Positions 1 to 13,902 of a stretch of 64,000 nucleotides of DNA are shown here, one piece after another (the stretch's first letter is position 1; every line of letters begins with the position of its first letter). A model generated the notes under the pieces. That model searched no databases. It was not told the DNA's origin and saw only the letters and a program-made list of their open reading frames with translations. This stretch comes from Bigelowiella natans CCMP2755 (Eukaryota; Protista; Cercozoa), in NCBI GenBank assembly GCA_000320545.1, contig ADNK01001243.1, forward strand, positions 25,150-89,149, given 5' to 3'. The translations under genes and the position numbers were made by a program.

Positions 1-1680
1 TATCTAAATCCTTCCTTCCTCGAAACAGCGTTAACCATAACTCCATTACTGAGCAACTCGCGTACTTGGAAAGTGTGAAGATTTGCACTGAAGCAATTGG
101 TGCCAAAGATCCCGAATGTGCAGCTCTCTACATTGTGCGCGGTATTGCGTTCATGCACCTGAAGAAGAATAAAGAAGCCATCAAAGATTTCCAGACTGTC
201 CTCTCAATCGAGCAAAAAGTAATCCATACATAGATATGTTGATTCCTGATAATTATCTTGTACAGTTATTCCCGATTCTCTCTATTTCGATGGATTTCCA
301 TACTAAGTTAAGACGGTTGTAGGCAAGAACAGAGGGCTATGAAGATCGATGTGCTGACGCTCTTTGTTTCACAGGCTTTTGTCAAGCGGTTTGAATTTCA
401 TCTAAACCGAATTCTGCTGCCAATCTTATGATGAATGTGGTCAAGAGAATAGTGTTGTGAGAGTAAATGTTCTGGTAATTTCAGAGATTAGAGCAGTTTC
501 CCCAATCGATAAAAGAGTTGACCGAGGTATGTGAAGATGCAAAACAGTGTTTTTATTGTAGGTTGACCTTCCTATCTTGTTACGTTTATAGGCGATTCGG
601 CTGAATGATAAGATTTATGCTTACAACTACATTCGAGCTGGAGCGTAATTCGAATTTAAATTGAACAAAAGGATGTGCAATAAATTTACGTCTCAATTTG
701 ATGATCAGTTACATGAAGCTTGAAGAAGTGCGTCAGAAGACAGTATTAGACGACATTCCATCAAAAGTAAACGAAATTGTTTAGTATCTTCTCGGATTTT
801 CTTCCCAAATATAAAATTTGATGATATTTACAGGATCTAAGAGACTCTGCTGATTTGACCAAAGCTATTGCTGACTACACAAGGTACGTTACATCCAGTC
901 AATCAAAATATCTCAAGACTTGTGTGAGATTCAACGTGCATAGTTTGCCAGTATTAACTACGTATTCATCTACGATTCTCCTGACATAGTTTTGGTGGTC
1001 GTTGTGAAGAGCAAAACCCATTATTTTTCCGGAGACTTTAGAGATTAACTTACTTTTGAGCCTCGCAGACCATTTATGATTAAGTTCACGATATAATGCT
1101 AAGATATTATACTACTACATATCGCATGTGGTGGGTGGGTGGGTGTAAGTATATATAATTTGTATATATGTATTGAAACGTAATTATTTCTAGAGCTTTA
1201 GTTACCTATTTCGTACATTATCTTATCATCGATCGCTCCAAAATGTTGTGAAATATTTTGATGTTTTGTGCTAGGGCTATAAATCTCCACCCTAAATTTT
1301 GCTACGCTTTCTACAATCGGGGACGGGCACTGTCCGCACAAATGAAGCTGTCGCATGCAATCAAGGATTTCAATACTACCCTAAAGCTGGATCCTGATCA
1401 TGCAGCTTGTCTATTTAACAGAGGAATGTGCTACCAGAAAAAGGTCTCAACTTGCAGAGGATCATCAGCAAAACAAGTAACACCAAAGACTAAGTCCAAT
1501 TCTCCTTAATGTTTGGAAAATAGGTAAGAATAGACTGGATGAAATCTCATAAATTGTGTCCAAAGAAGGAGACGGTCGGATACATAAGACAGGTGCGTAA
1601 ATCGCATGGATATCATTGTAGTCTATCGTATTAACATTATTTCAAATATAACAGGTAAGTTCCATGTTGCGATATCCTGA
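1..1680 (+). CDS. TPR-repeat protein, multi-exon, 5' end outside window (3' end approximate)
   Basis: Exon translations ALYIVRGIAFMHLKKNKEAIKDFQTVLSIEQK (~120-218) and RAINLHPKFCYAFYNRGRALSAQMKLSHAIKDFNTTLKLDPDHAACLFNRGMCY (1273-1440) match the TPR consensus; GT-AG introns lie between them. Confidence 0.75.
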
Positions 1681-1937
1681 CAACCTTATTACTCCGAGAC
1701 TGCCGTAATCAAGGCTGTTGGATGATGATAGGTGTTCATAGAAAAAATGATGATGAGATGGGGCGTAGTAGGGGAGCCCATGCATGATGTCTGTATGTAT
1801 TGAACGGATAAGCGATTCCTATCATTCCTGCAAGCTGTGTTCAATATATCCCATTGGCGTGGAAAAATAATCAATGATGAAGGCAAACAGAAAGGCTATA
1901 TGTGCCATGCGTGCGAGGAAGATTTCGCTACTTTCAT

Positions 1938-3120
1938 GTGAGACGGATGTAATGAAGTGATTTAATCTTTTCAATGGTCATCCTAATGTAGCTATGCAAA
2001 GCAGCGGCTACAGCGCTTATTATGTTGTGTCATGTGTCAAAGCTTCTTTCTTCGAGGCACGCATGCTAGCTAATTGTATGCGATGCCGCTGCGCGTCCAT
2101 GTAGCGCGTGTACGTTTAGACGTGCGTAGGTACCAGATGCGTGTCAACTGCAGCAGCCATATGATCAATCGCATGGCATGGCTAGATGGGTAATGCCTGT
2201 GCTGGGGCGTGGTGCAAAGTCACGCATCGCCGCATCAATGTTTCTGACAGCTAGGCATGTCGTACATGCACATGTGCTTATTGCATGTGTGCATGTCTCA
2301 GTCTGTAGCAGTAGTGGCGGCTTGGTGTCAGATCTGGTGTTTGGGCATGCCTCAGTGAATCGAAAACAGCAGGAAACACTCCCAACAACGCCAGCACTTA
2401 AAAAAGATCTGCACATGCAAAACACACATGTGCAAACAAATGAAAGTTTGCATGCGATGTGTGCTGCCACATCGCACTTCACAACGTACATGTTGGTCGA
2501 TCTAGCGCGCGATGAGCGGCGCTAGCAAGTCAAAAGCTGCGCATCGCACTTGGAAAAACTTGGTTTCCTGCCGTCCTCTCGCACAACTGGTATCAAATTA
2601 AAGCTCCCAAGCATTGCCACATCATGGATGCGCGCCATTTGTGGGGTTGGCAATCTTGGGGAATTCATGAATGCCCCAAGGACAATGCACACAAGCAGAT
2701 GCCACATGTGGCACGCTGCAGGACGTGCATGGACATCATCTCCTCCAATGCAGGAAGTGCGAACATCAAACAAAGGCTAGCTCAAATTGAAAACAAACAA
2801 CAAACTGCTACAATACGCCAACGTCAAATGCGGCAGCATCGCGCTCACGCGCATGCGCGTGTCGTGCAAGCTTGCAAGGCTGGCTAGCTGGCTAGCAGCT
2901 GGCCATACCATACATGCCACTTCTTGCTGTTGCTAGCGCCTACTGGCTAGCTAGCGAGCCTGCTGGATGACCACGCATGAATGTGCACGAGCCTGCTGGA
3001 GGCAATTTTTGTCCAGCGTTAGAGCTTGCATGCATGCACATCTAGACATGCATGCTCTAGATGCTGTCTAGGGTTGCATGACAAGAAGACGCGTGCAGAG
3101 CCATGAACTAGATGAAGCCA
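1938..3120 (+). repeat. Dispersed repeat (GAGACGGATGTAATGAA-end family) followed by TpA-depleted degenerate sequence
   Basis: 1938-2020 is nearly identical to 51874-51955 and 46858-46940, and to the reverse complement of 35940-36040. The downstream sequence is rich in CATG/TGCA and the surviving TA is mostly CTAG. Confidence 0.8.
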
Positions 3121-3246
3121 GTTGCATGAAGAAAATGAATTGCTAATTAAATGGAATCAAAAGGTTTTCCAAGAGGTATCAACTCAATGTGCACATATCA
3201 TGTATGTGAGTTGCAACTGGGCGATTTTCCGAAAGGGAATCTTCAT

Positions 3247-6200
3247 TCATCTGGAGGTCTGCTTGTTGAACGTGAAGACCTCCAACTTACTGACTAAATT
3301 CTGTCTGGTGTGCATCAAGGTGCGCAGCAATCCAGTGTTCTTCTTTACTTTGATCGTGTTGTGACGAGCTTCCTTTAGACTCACGCTCCTGACGCTTTAC
3401 AAGTCTCATAACAAACTTACCGTTTATGGTTCTAATTTTCGGAACTGGGCCGAGACCACATGCTTTGTACAAAGTGCTTCCTGCTTATTCACACCATTCA
3501 GAGTGTTTAGTTATACACATCATGGTTTTCTTCCAAAATAATTCTGACCATTGGCAAGAGGAAGCTTTCTGGACTGACTCAGATAGTACCTTCATTTCAT
3601 GGAACATGCAAATTGGGATCAGCACAACTTATCATAATATTTTGTCGACGATTTACCAAGTACAAATGTCTCCAACACTTCGAGCGTTGGGGTTCTCAGC
3701 ACCTTATGCAAATAAAAAATTGAATTAAAAAAATTTTGTACTTGAAAAATATACGATGGAATTTACATAGCCCATATCCTGCGGTGACTCCCCCATCTCC
3801 TAGCTCCAATCTAACAGTGCCTAGAACAACTATGTAATAAGACAGATTTGATGCAACCTGTTCCTTAGTTTAAAAATTTAGACCGTTCATTTTTTTGTAC
3901 TGAAATCCACTCGGCATTTTTTGGTATATCCTGATTGTTTAAAGATTCGTGTAATGGAATAGGAAGCTCATTCGTAAAGAGAGTCTGAAATAAGAGACTA
4001 CCCATTCACTTCTGGTGAGCCTGCATGTGTCACAACTAATAGGTCGTCATTTGGACTTTCGCTCTGGTGGTGTTTCTCATGAGTCTTATCTTCCTCGGCT
4101 TTCTTTGCGATACGAGTGACTCTTGTGACCCAGTATCGTTCATAATAAAAATACCCAGAGATGAACATCATAATCACCTATTTCGAATAGAGTATAAACT
4201 TGAGGGAGAATTGGCTTGCAAACTGAATAATATTGCGGACCCCGGCCCATAAAATTCCAAATTTTATGTCCCTCGTAGCGCTTGGATAGCTGGTTGAAAT
4301 GGTGAAATGTAAACCACTGAGTTCTGAATTGATTGTGTCCTTTTGCAACTACCTTAAAACAATAACAGCTAATACTCCGCCCCATATAGATGCAGCTAGG
4401 CCCACCGTTCGTGCGATGTTGTATAGAGGCGGAGTACTTGGCTCTCCAAGTATCTGATCATTCATCTCAATTCGTTATATTATCATATTATTATTTTGAA
4501 GAAAGCTGATACTCCACTTTCAAGTACCTCATATCCGAAACGAATAGAAGGTCTGTTCATCCAGAAAATCGTTGCCATTGTGAGAACGACACCTTGTTTT
4601 TTAAGAAGGAGGCAGGAAAGATACTGTAGGTTATGGGTTATACGCGAAAACCTCTCCATACGTGAACATACCTGAACCGATGCTGGCCAGTATTCCAGCG
4701 ATCCGGCCATTAGATCCGAAAAACCCGCTTGATATCACCTGAAATACTGTTCCATTAGAACGAATATGGGAGACACGACACAGCATGTACCAAGGCCGTT
4801 TTCATTAAAGCAATGAATGAGAGGAAGGGCTTTGCCACTAAGAGGAAATTTGTCATTATTGAGAAACTTGGTGATTTGATTGATTTAACCAAAGATGTCT
4901 TTATCTTGGGCTGGAGGCTTTCTTGCTGAAACACCTCCTGTAAGAGTACAGTTTAAATCTGCAGAATTCAAAATTCAAAAACTTTGCAGGTAGAGATATA
5001 CCAGCTGCTTCGTTTTCGACTGGATCTGTTTCACCTAAATAAAATGAAATTATTTGAGTACTCCTTTCGGTACTTTTCCATGCAAGAACACTAACCAAGC
5101 ATCGGGGCTATCATCGATGCCAAGGGCACATAAATTCCAAAGGAAACCTACAATTATCAAATATCATCTTGCTCCTTGTAGTAGCATCATCCCCTCCATT
5201 TATATTTTATGAGTCAGCAACTAACTGGTAATTAAGTTTTTACCATCGACAAAGCAGCATAGAATTGATGGTCCTGCAGAAAACAAACCCAATGCAACAG
5301 TAAATATACCATATCTATTGCTCATTCTTAAGTACCCCCTCCCAGCACTTCACGCTTCGGTCCAGTATGCTCACAAACGCATCTTCATTTATACAGTATT
5401 CAAGTGAATGATCTCGTTTTCAGATACGGATACTCAAGGGAAACCATTCTGACTGTCGTCCCGTAAGCATGTCAGCACCAGAATTTGACTAAAAAGACAG
5501 TCATTGGTGAGATCCACCGAGTAGTCCATGCCACATTGTCAACAAGTTTAGAATCGTACTTGGTCATGATCACAATCAATAGAGTATCGGCAAGGATCTA
5601 ATGTCGAGATAGTATTGAGTGGATATCTGACGATTTGATATTGTTACAATCGAATATTGCCTACCACAGCCATGTAGGAGAGTGATGAAGATAGGCCTAA
5701 AAGTTCAGACTGTTAGGAAAATCACGTCTCTACACCAACACTTCAGCATACCTCTTACATCGCCGTGGCCGTAAACTACAGCCCCTGGAACGGAGTAAAA
5801 CCAAACACGGCCAGCATCACGATCCAAACCTGTTGGCATATGTCGCTGATCGAGTGTAAAGTCTTCAGAGGCAAAACGGTGTCAGAACCCTTTTCACGAA
5901 GTGCCTGTGACTTGTACATTTCCTTTAGTAGTTGATAGATAAACAGCGCTACCAAGGCTACTGTGACAGCTTTTGGAACAAAAGAATGATGATTATTTAT
6001 TGTTCGGAATAAGCAATAGTAAGTATGTAAACCGAAGGCTGAATATGCATAGATCCCCACAGTATTCCTGAGGATGAATGTTCATACATTGAGCTGCAAT
6101 AAAGTTCTACATGGTGTCATACCTTTCGATATAAGACTGGATATCTATGTAAAACACGGCGTAAAACCTGAAAGAAGTTCCATGACATAAATCCAATCAA

Positions 6201-9200
6201 CCAATGGTGTGATCATACCCTTCGTCGGTCTCCGTATCCGATTCAGAATCTCCTACAGGTAGATATGTTAGATGTTATAGAACAAGATTACATTCAAGAA
6301 GAAGAAAGACTTCTGTTTGATTGAGGCGAATCTTCCTGAGCTGAAATGGATTGAAGTCCGAAGGAGCTTAGCTGAATAACCTAATACGATTACCAACATG
6401 CCGTCACGCATACCAACTTTAAAAATTTGTAAATGCATCAACTTCGATAATCAGCGAAAAGACTTCGATAAGGTTTCCCTGAGATGTTATCATCCAACAT
6501 TACTAACGAGATTCGACATGACGGCCCGATTCTGTCTAGAGTTACCAAATTGAACCATCTAAACTTCAAGAAAACCGTTGGAGGAGCTTCATGAGCTATG
6601 GGCTCTACTCTCAATGCGCTTTTGGGGACCGATATTTGATGCTGATTCAAGAAGATAAATTTTGTTGGCTGGCAGCATTAGAATGGAAAAACCTAGATGT
6701 TTTGACGGAAAGCGAGACGAAAACTACCTCAAAAGTATCGAGGACAGGCTTTACCGAAATGTCACACAATCCAGCACCATGTGGAGAAGGGATTTGAATT
6801 TGTTGGACTTCTCGACGCTGGCTTTGACGTTTGAATCTCGTTTCGAATACGTCTGCTTTCATTTCCTCGAAAGATCTAAAGCTACGGTATGTTCCTAGTG
6901 CCTTAATAGTACAAGTGAAGAAAGTAATATGCTGTGTCGGTATGTTTGCGTGCTTATGGTGTGTGTGTTTAGAAAGAAGAATAGAAGAGGTAACCACCTG
7001 GAGAATCAGGATTAGAATGAGGAAAATCCCTGTGCATGTACAATTTGTGAAACCGAAGTTAGACGCTAATCCTTTTAAGATTATAACCCTAAAACTCTAC
7101 CTATTGATAGCCCAACCTCCAGTTCAGAAACTCCTTCGCTCCCAGAATCCAATATCTATTATATCACTTCGTTACGAGCTGATTATCAGTAGCAGTGCAT
7201 ATAAAAGGCCACCAAATAGACGACTATCAGAGGATATCCAACTAGTAGACCGAGCACGGGTATCGAGCGCGTAGCAATGGAAATGCCTAGAATATTAAAT
7301 CAGTCACTCACTATATCAATTCCTACGAAATTCCACGTACATCGAAGGGATTTTTTTGCAGTAGACTCTTGTGCCAACAACTCCTGGCGAATCTCGTAGT
7401 CATCCATATGACGTTGGATGTTTTTAAATCTGATGTAGTGCGCACATGTGGGTGTGTCTGAGTATGTGTTAGGCCCATTAGAAATACTTTACCTTGAAGC
7501 AAGAAGGTACAAGCAAGCTGGAAGAACCAAAAGGAGAGATATCAAAACTGCGATAAAGTAGCTCAACACAGCACACTGTGGATAAAAAAAACTCTGTCAG
7601 CTTTGTATTTTCAGTTTTCTTCTTATTGATTCAAAACTCACAAATTTTCTTCCCAAGAATGCAGACACATCATGGCCTAATGGACAGGTATTTTAAATTC
7701 CTTTCACTCGTGTACTACGTAAATCAATACATTTCGAGTTTCCGCTGATTGGAGTTGATATCGAATCCTTTGGTGAAACGATCTGGGTTTGCAATGTTAT
7801 GAACGTATTAATCCAAAAAGAGTGTCAAAGAATCTCCAGAAATGAAACCTGCACTTCCAGGCCTGATACGATTGAAGATATGACCAACGAATATCCATAT
7901 CCAGATGGCAGTGTACTGGGTAGATTATGAGACACTCCAGCATCTTTTCCCGAGAGATGGTATCTAAATAAACCCAGAATCCAGGAGAGAGTTCTATCAA
8001 GTTCATAAAAAATACGATGATATATGAATTGGCTTTACCTCAGAGTTCGCTTCTCAAGATTGACTGATACAGTTATTATCTCCCCTTCCCTCCATTCTCG
8101 AGCATATATCTCAGGCACAGTCTTCGATTTAAGCTCGGAATCTTCAAATGTCTTCCCTGTCATCAGGAATCTGAAGCAAAGAATAATTCAAATATTCAAC
8201 TAATCCTCAATCGATAGTTCAATGACAACACCCATATTTCATTTCTGGATATGGCAACGGTTCCTGGGAAGATGATCTATGGAATATAAAAGCATTTCCG
8301 CTTTTCTTTCTCGGTTGCCTTTCGAGAGCAATTCCAATTGCCGCTCCCCAAGTGTTATCTGAACGGCATTATTTTTCATTCATTCTATCTAAACTCTATA
8401 GTGCAATTGCCCATACCTTTTGGAAGAGATTCAGGCAGCTTGTTGATGCGAATTCGCCACTCGTGCAAGCCTTCAGTAACTACCTACTCACACAAACAAA
8501 GGTCAATACGAGTTGCTGTGCGGAAGAGATTTTGAGCACCTTTTGTCCATGCACACTGTACCAGCCGCCATTCAATTTTGAGCTTCCTTGGTTCCTCGAG
8601 GACTTGAAATCGCGTTGAAATAAATCGATACTGAGAATGGATGACTCTGAGATGTCCGCAGTGACACGGCCCGAGATAGACTTTTCGTCAAGGTGACTCA
8701 TGGAGAACCTACAGATATTGGACCCCACACTAGAAACCTATATTTTGGTGGACCATAAATAAATTTAAGTTGCATTTTTGCGACAGCTACACGTTCGTGA
8801 CCATGGGATGCGGATGGAATTGGTCTTCGACCCAGGTATCGAAGACACCTATACATGTAAGAGTGATCATAGCTGATGAGGAGATGAAGAGGAGGCAGGA
8901 AAATGCAAATACCCGAGTCCTGCTTCGAACCCCACCAGGTTAACCAGCTGAGAAAGTTAAACACCTGGAGTGATATGAATGTATTAGTTTATGGAGTACC
9001 TCGAATTCCTTGGAATTGCATCCTACATTTTCCATATCCGCATAGACATCGTCTATCTCTATTTCTTCTTTGGTAGTAGCCTCAATTATTTCGTCTCCGG
9101 CAATTTCAACTTGTTCGTCTTCCTCGATGTCCTACATAACCCACGTATATTAGCCAAAATTGTAGACATTGTATTCTTCTACTTTTGGAGTGCTCGATCA

Positions 9201-12200
9201 CCATATCATATTTGTCGAAGTTGGTTGCGAATTCCGGAATCTGGGCCCTCTCACTACGCAGCCCACTTGTTCGATCACTGCGGATAGTAACATCTCGTAG
9301 TTTCTCTTCAATTTTCTTACCTAGCACAGCAAGCTCCTTTTCTACTTCGGGAGCTTTGGTGGGGATGGCTGTGGATGCAGGCCGAACTTTAGATTCTTGG
9401 AGTCCTCGCATGGAAGATGATGGGTCCAAAGCATCACTAACTTTCCTGAAGAATTTTAGTTGCTTTGTTTGGATCTAAAAGCTATTCGGAAAAACTTACG
9501 TTTTAATTTCAGGAATTCTTTTAAGTGGAATTGACGACGGTGGGTGGCTTTTTCTAGAGCTTTTTCTAGTCAGCCTTCCTTGCGTCTGCACGTTGGACGA
9601 AGGGACGATGCGAGATGGACTAGAGGATTCCAACTGTAGCATGCTTTCCTTCTTCCTAATAAGTTAATTTTACATTCTTGCGCTTGAAGAATTTAGAAAT
9701 CCTGTTTCACAACCTTTCTCGGCGATGCCTCCTTTTTTTTTTAATCGATATTTGAGGTGTGCGTTTTGCTTCAAGAGCGGCACCATAGAATACTCCTCCA
9801 CTATCTCCTCCGCTATTTATCCCATCAAGTATCCCAGCAGAACTAGAGATGAAAACATTTAACATTCAAAAATTTAATCAACCACCATCCGACCTAAGAA
9901 TGGTTATGTATGATATAAATAAATTTACGCGAGTCCTTTGCGAAGTATGGAATCCTTCAAACATTCCCAAACCTTTAATAAATACCACTTAGTTATTTTT
10001 CTTAGTCGCTTCAAACAAAGGAAGAATGTATAGATATATAATATACCAGTGTCACTGAATGCACGTCTGTCGCCTCAACAACGTGAGTGTGAACGTATCT
10101 GGCAGGAAAACTTAACATATTGACCATAGATTTCGATCTATGAATGCGTTAATTACCCATCGTATAATTTTTCTTCGAAAGCACTCGCCACGGAGCTAAG
10201 AGCCTAAATCATATTTGTGCGATATATTGTTCCCGTTTGATGTAGAGAGCGAATCAAAAGTTCAGTACGTCGCTAGTGTTTACAGGATCTTCGTCGAGAT
10301 CTTCTAGAGCTTTGCAATCAGCCAGAGGTTTCTGATGTAAACCAAGCGTTAGGATATCCACATTGTCAATATTAGGAACAGATACTTGTTTAATGAGTTC
10401 AACAAAGCTTTCCCTTCCCGTCAAAACCAACGCCTTGGTTTTCCTTTCCATACCTCTGGTTTAGTGTGCATGTGTTAGACCACGAGGAATAATACTGAAG
10501 AGCAGAAACAAGAAAACTCTCTGCCTTGAATTCATTATTTCCTCAAATTCACGTAGTTCCCTTTCGATCTCGCTTTTGCCATTCTCTTGCTGAGGAATAT
10601 TGATACAAATTGATGAGGAAGGGATATTAATCTTCGATCAATTTCCATGACCCGAGCATAGGATGTTAAATCAGCGCAATAGATGAGCATATTAAAATCT
10701 TCGCAAGCCAGCAGCAGTCCTTGTCTTGTGCGACGCTACAGGTTACAGTAAACAGTAAGTGATGCTAGGATACTTAAAGTCGTGGCCAACAGGATTTCGC
10801 TTACAGTAGTTGTCCCATATCCAGGTAGACAAACAAAATGAAAGAAGTGTCCATTGTAATCCATGGTAAATTCTCGAAGCGAGTTTAGGGAACTTGAAGC
10901 TCCATTCTGCAGTACATCTAGATCGATTACTATTTCTCAAAATGGAAATTTCTCATCAAACCTGCTGAAGATCAACATCTGTATGAAGAATATCCTCTTT
11001 TGAAGGCTCGTATCCATCGCTCCTTAAGGTGCATCAAAAGATCAAAAGTCAGTTTTGGAAAACAAATTTGGATGAAGGTTTGCTAATCACCCAATCCGAT
11101 CGAAGTGTGATAGAAAGTATAAAGTATGTGGAGACAAGCCTCCTTCCTAGTGTGATGATATTCAAGAGTTTAGACAATTCAAGACTAGTATTCTAAGAAG
11201 GAACCTTCCAAGTTTGTGAAGCTGCATACTTTGCATAGAATCCAGCCTTGGAGAAAGTTTAAATCTTTAACTAAAAAGTTTGAAGAGTTCAGAAGATGAA
11301 CACATTTTTTACATCTTCAGTCAGAAGAGTCTTGACGTCCTGGAACAACGCTTTGTCACATCCCAAATCCTAATGTCGTTAATATGTGCGTAACGCATCA
11401 AGGTCGTATTTTTTATCACCTTTCTATCCATAATCCTCTTTCGAATTCGTTGACATTTCTGTGATTCTAAGAAGACATTTTTTTTAATTTTTCATGTCAC
11501 CACATCGAAGCACTTACCGCTAAGGGCCTCTTTATTTGCGAGTTTCAATATGAATAATACTCCTTCCAAAACGATTCTGTATCATAAAACTTAGGTTCAA
11601 AGTAGGTTCCGTTCAAGATAGTAAAAAGATCTCATGGCCACAAGTATCTGATTACCTGAATATTTCCTCTTTGTACTTGAATCGATTTTGATGGCTAGCA
11701 TCTCCCCCCCTCTAAAACGAAATAATATTCTATTTCCCCATTAAAATGATCAATTATTAATTACAAATGTACCAAAATCGACAATGCTCGGAAAAACCTC
11801 ATAGTTTCAAGAGCCTGCGAGCCACAATAATATTCTTTGACAAATAAGCTATAACTCCAAAATGAGTAGTACATTGTATCCCAATAATAGGATTTTAAGT
11901 TTGTTGTAGTCTTTTTGTTTATTCGTACTTAGTTTCCTCACTGCATATGGAAAACATTTTCACAATAACTATTTTTTAGAACTTGTACTTCCACTTACTA
12001 ATATCCCTATCGATATCATCTTCTTTCTTTTTCAATTTTCTTGCCCTATGCCACCCCTTTGTGTTATCGAAACATCTTTAGAAATATAATAATAAGAACT
12101 CTATGTTTGTATGTACCATCCAGCCATTTCTAGTGTCATCAGTATTAGGCAAAAAGCCCATTCTCTGTTCCCACTGGCAAAAGGACAGGTATCATTTTGA

Positions 12201-13549
12201 GCAAAACACATCATCTTCATAAAGAAACCTCTCCCAATAGATTCTCTAGGGGCTCTGGGGCTACATTGACTTTGATATGAGAGAGTTGTATAAGTGTTGA
12301 CAAGAAGGAAGCTCGAAGTAGGTACAGTAGGTACCGTGTGGTGGATGTTTGGGGACGTATTTGAAATTCACTTCCTTCAATGTTTCTGTCCTGAAGATGC
12401 AAATATGCAAATCAAGACTGAAGTGGGATGTAGTGATGTAACTATAACTATTCCAACATGTCGGATTTTTCATCCAAAAATTTCCACAGCCTCCTGTAGG
12501 CAATCACGTTTCGGTAGGTTTCCATTAAACCCGTCTGGACCTAAGAGGGAATCTTAATTGGAGGAAAGTAAATGATCTTTGTTACAGACCTCAGATGCCT
12601 GGAGTAATGTGTTGTGTTGGCGAACTTGTCTCAGAAAATAATCTTCTAGCATTCTGGAAAGCATGCCTGCGATATGTCAAAGCCTCGTGTACACCTTTAA
12701 GTTTCTAACAGCATGGATGAAGTCACCTCGAAGTTTGCTAAGACCCTTGGATTCTGGTACACCCTCCCCCATACAATTCTATCATATGGTTTGAAAGCGT
12801 TAGACACCATTTATGTTAATTATGTTTATGAAACCTGGAAAACAGTCGCTTCTGGAAGAGATCTTATGGCACAGAAAACGATCTTCATTTCGTCACAAAT
12901 TGACTGAAGCAATAAAATTAGTTCGGACTTCAAACTTTCGTTAATGAATCTCACATTTTGAATTTTGTCCCATACGAACGATATCCCGTTTATAGAGAAT
13001 GGCGCATTTACAACGCTCAACTCATAGTCATTCTCCGCATCATATTCCCATTTCGTGTGCTCTTTCTACATGGGTTATTTGGAGCGCAGTTGTTGAAGCA
13101 AATACATAGATTATAACAGCTCAGTTCCTTTGATGTCCGTTACCTGTAAAGCTTTCTTCAAATTTCTTTTTAGCTCTGGGTCCGTATGAATAAGATAGTA
13201 ACTTAGCCTGCACGTTTGATACATTCCACCTATGAACAACTAGTTAGCGGATTGGTTCTGGAGGCAGTTCGTTCTCTATCCACCTTCCTTTCCATCATGT
13301 TTGCTATCACTTCTTAGAAATGCTCCGTATCCCTCAAAGATGATGTGTTGTCCTAAATGGAAACGAGCATTCCAACATTCATGCTTCGTGTGGGGGTCTC
13401 ACAAATTCAAACTGCGGTCTTTCTATCGTCGAAACCAGGGTGGAAATGCTAACTATGCCAATAAGACATTCGATTAAAGGAATAGGAACCACACCAGAGA
13501 GCATAAAGCAGCCGTGCTGAATTATTTCCACGGAGGACGACGACGTCAT
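3247..13549 (-). CDS. Large multi-exon gene (or 2-3 adjacent same-strand genes): N-terminal region, degenerate G-alpha-like domain, SPRY-like domain, multi-TM region; ends approximate
   Basis: Run of short GT-AG-bounded minus-strand exons. Candidate ATG at 13549 (MTSSSSVEII) and candidate stop at 3247. Hydrophobic exons lie at 5100-6060 and 7490-7570. Continuity as a single gene is not proven. Confidence 0.5.
7858..8172 (-). other. SPRY/B30.2-like domain exons
   Basis: Spliced translation YAREWREGEIITVSVNLEKRTLRYHLSGKDAGVSHNLP...GYSLVISS resembles the SPRY pattern Y..w..GD.I.v.ldl...ti.f..nG...Gva. Confidence 0.55.
9980..11860 (-). other. G-alpha-like domain with degenerate nucleotide-binding motifs (pseudo-GTPase)
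   Basis: Spliced exons in G-alpha order: LFVKEYYCGSQALETMRFFRALSIL (register of [25 protein letters not shown]), NRFKYKEEIFRIVLEGVLFIL, LSPHTLYFLSHFDRI, GYEPSKEDILH, LLLACEDFNMLIYCADLTSY, KSEIERELREFEEIMNS, ALVLTGRESFVELIK. Confidence 0.65.
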
Positions 13550-13902
13550 CGAGATGCAGAATGGGGGGAGGTGGGCTCTATTGTTAGATTTTAGCGATTT
13601 TCCGATTTAATTTGTCGGCCAACACAATCCCAGCACAATCTTCAGGTTTTCTCGTCTGCGGCTACCGGTACTCCGCAGAGCTGTCGCACCCGGCAATTTC
13701 CATTCCGTTTCTTATTTCGGACCAATTTCATTCGTGTCGCGAAATGTATTTCCCCTGTTTTTTTGTAAACGAATGGAGCAGGTGAACAGAGTGAGGGACC
13801 ATCGCGGTCTCCATCCGTTTTGTTTGCGGCAGCATCTTCAGGAGCGAAGGTTTTGTTTGTGCAGCATGATCGCGGTGCCCACACTCTGCTCTTTTACTTG
13901 AC

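Noticed and set aside
2165-2887. Cys/His/Met-rich ORFs in the track (also 15127-15645, 35690-36752, 52182-54837, 59744-60118)
   Set aside because: By-products of TA depletion removing stop codons; they overlap in several frames and show no domain signal.
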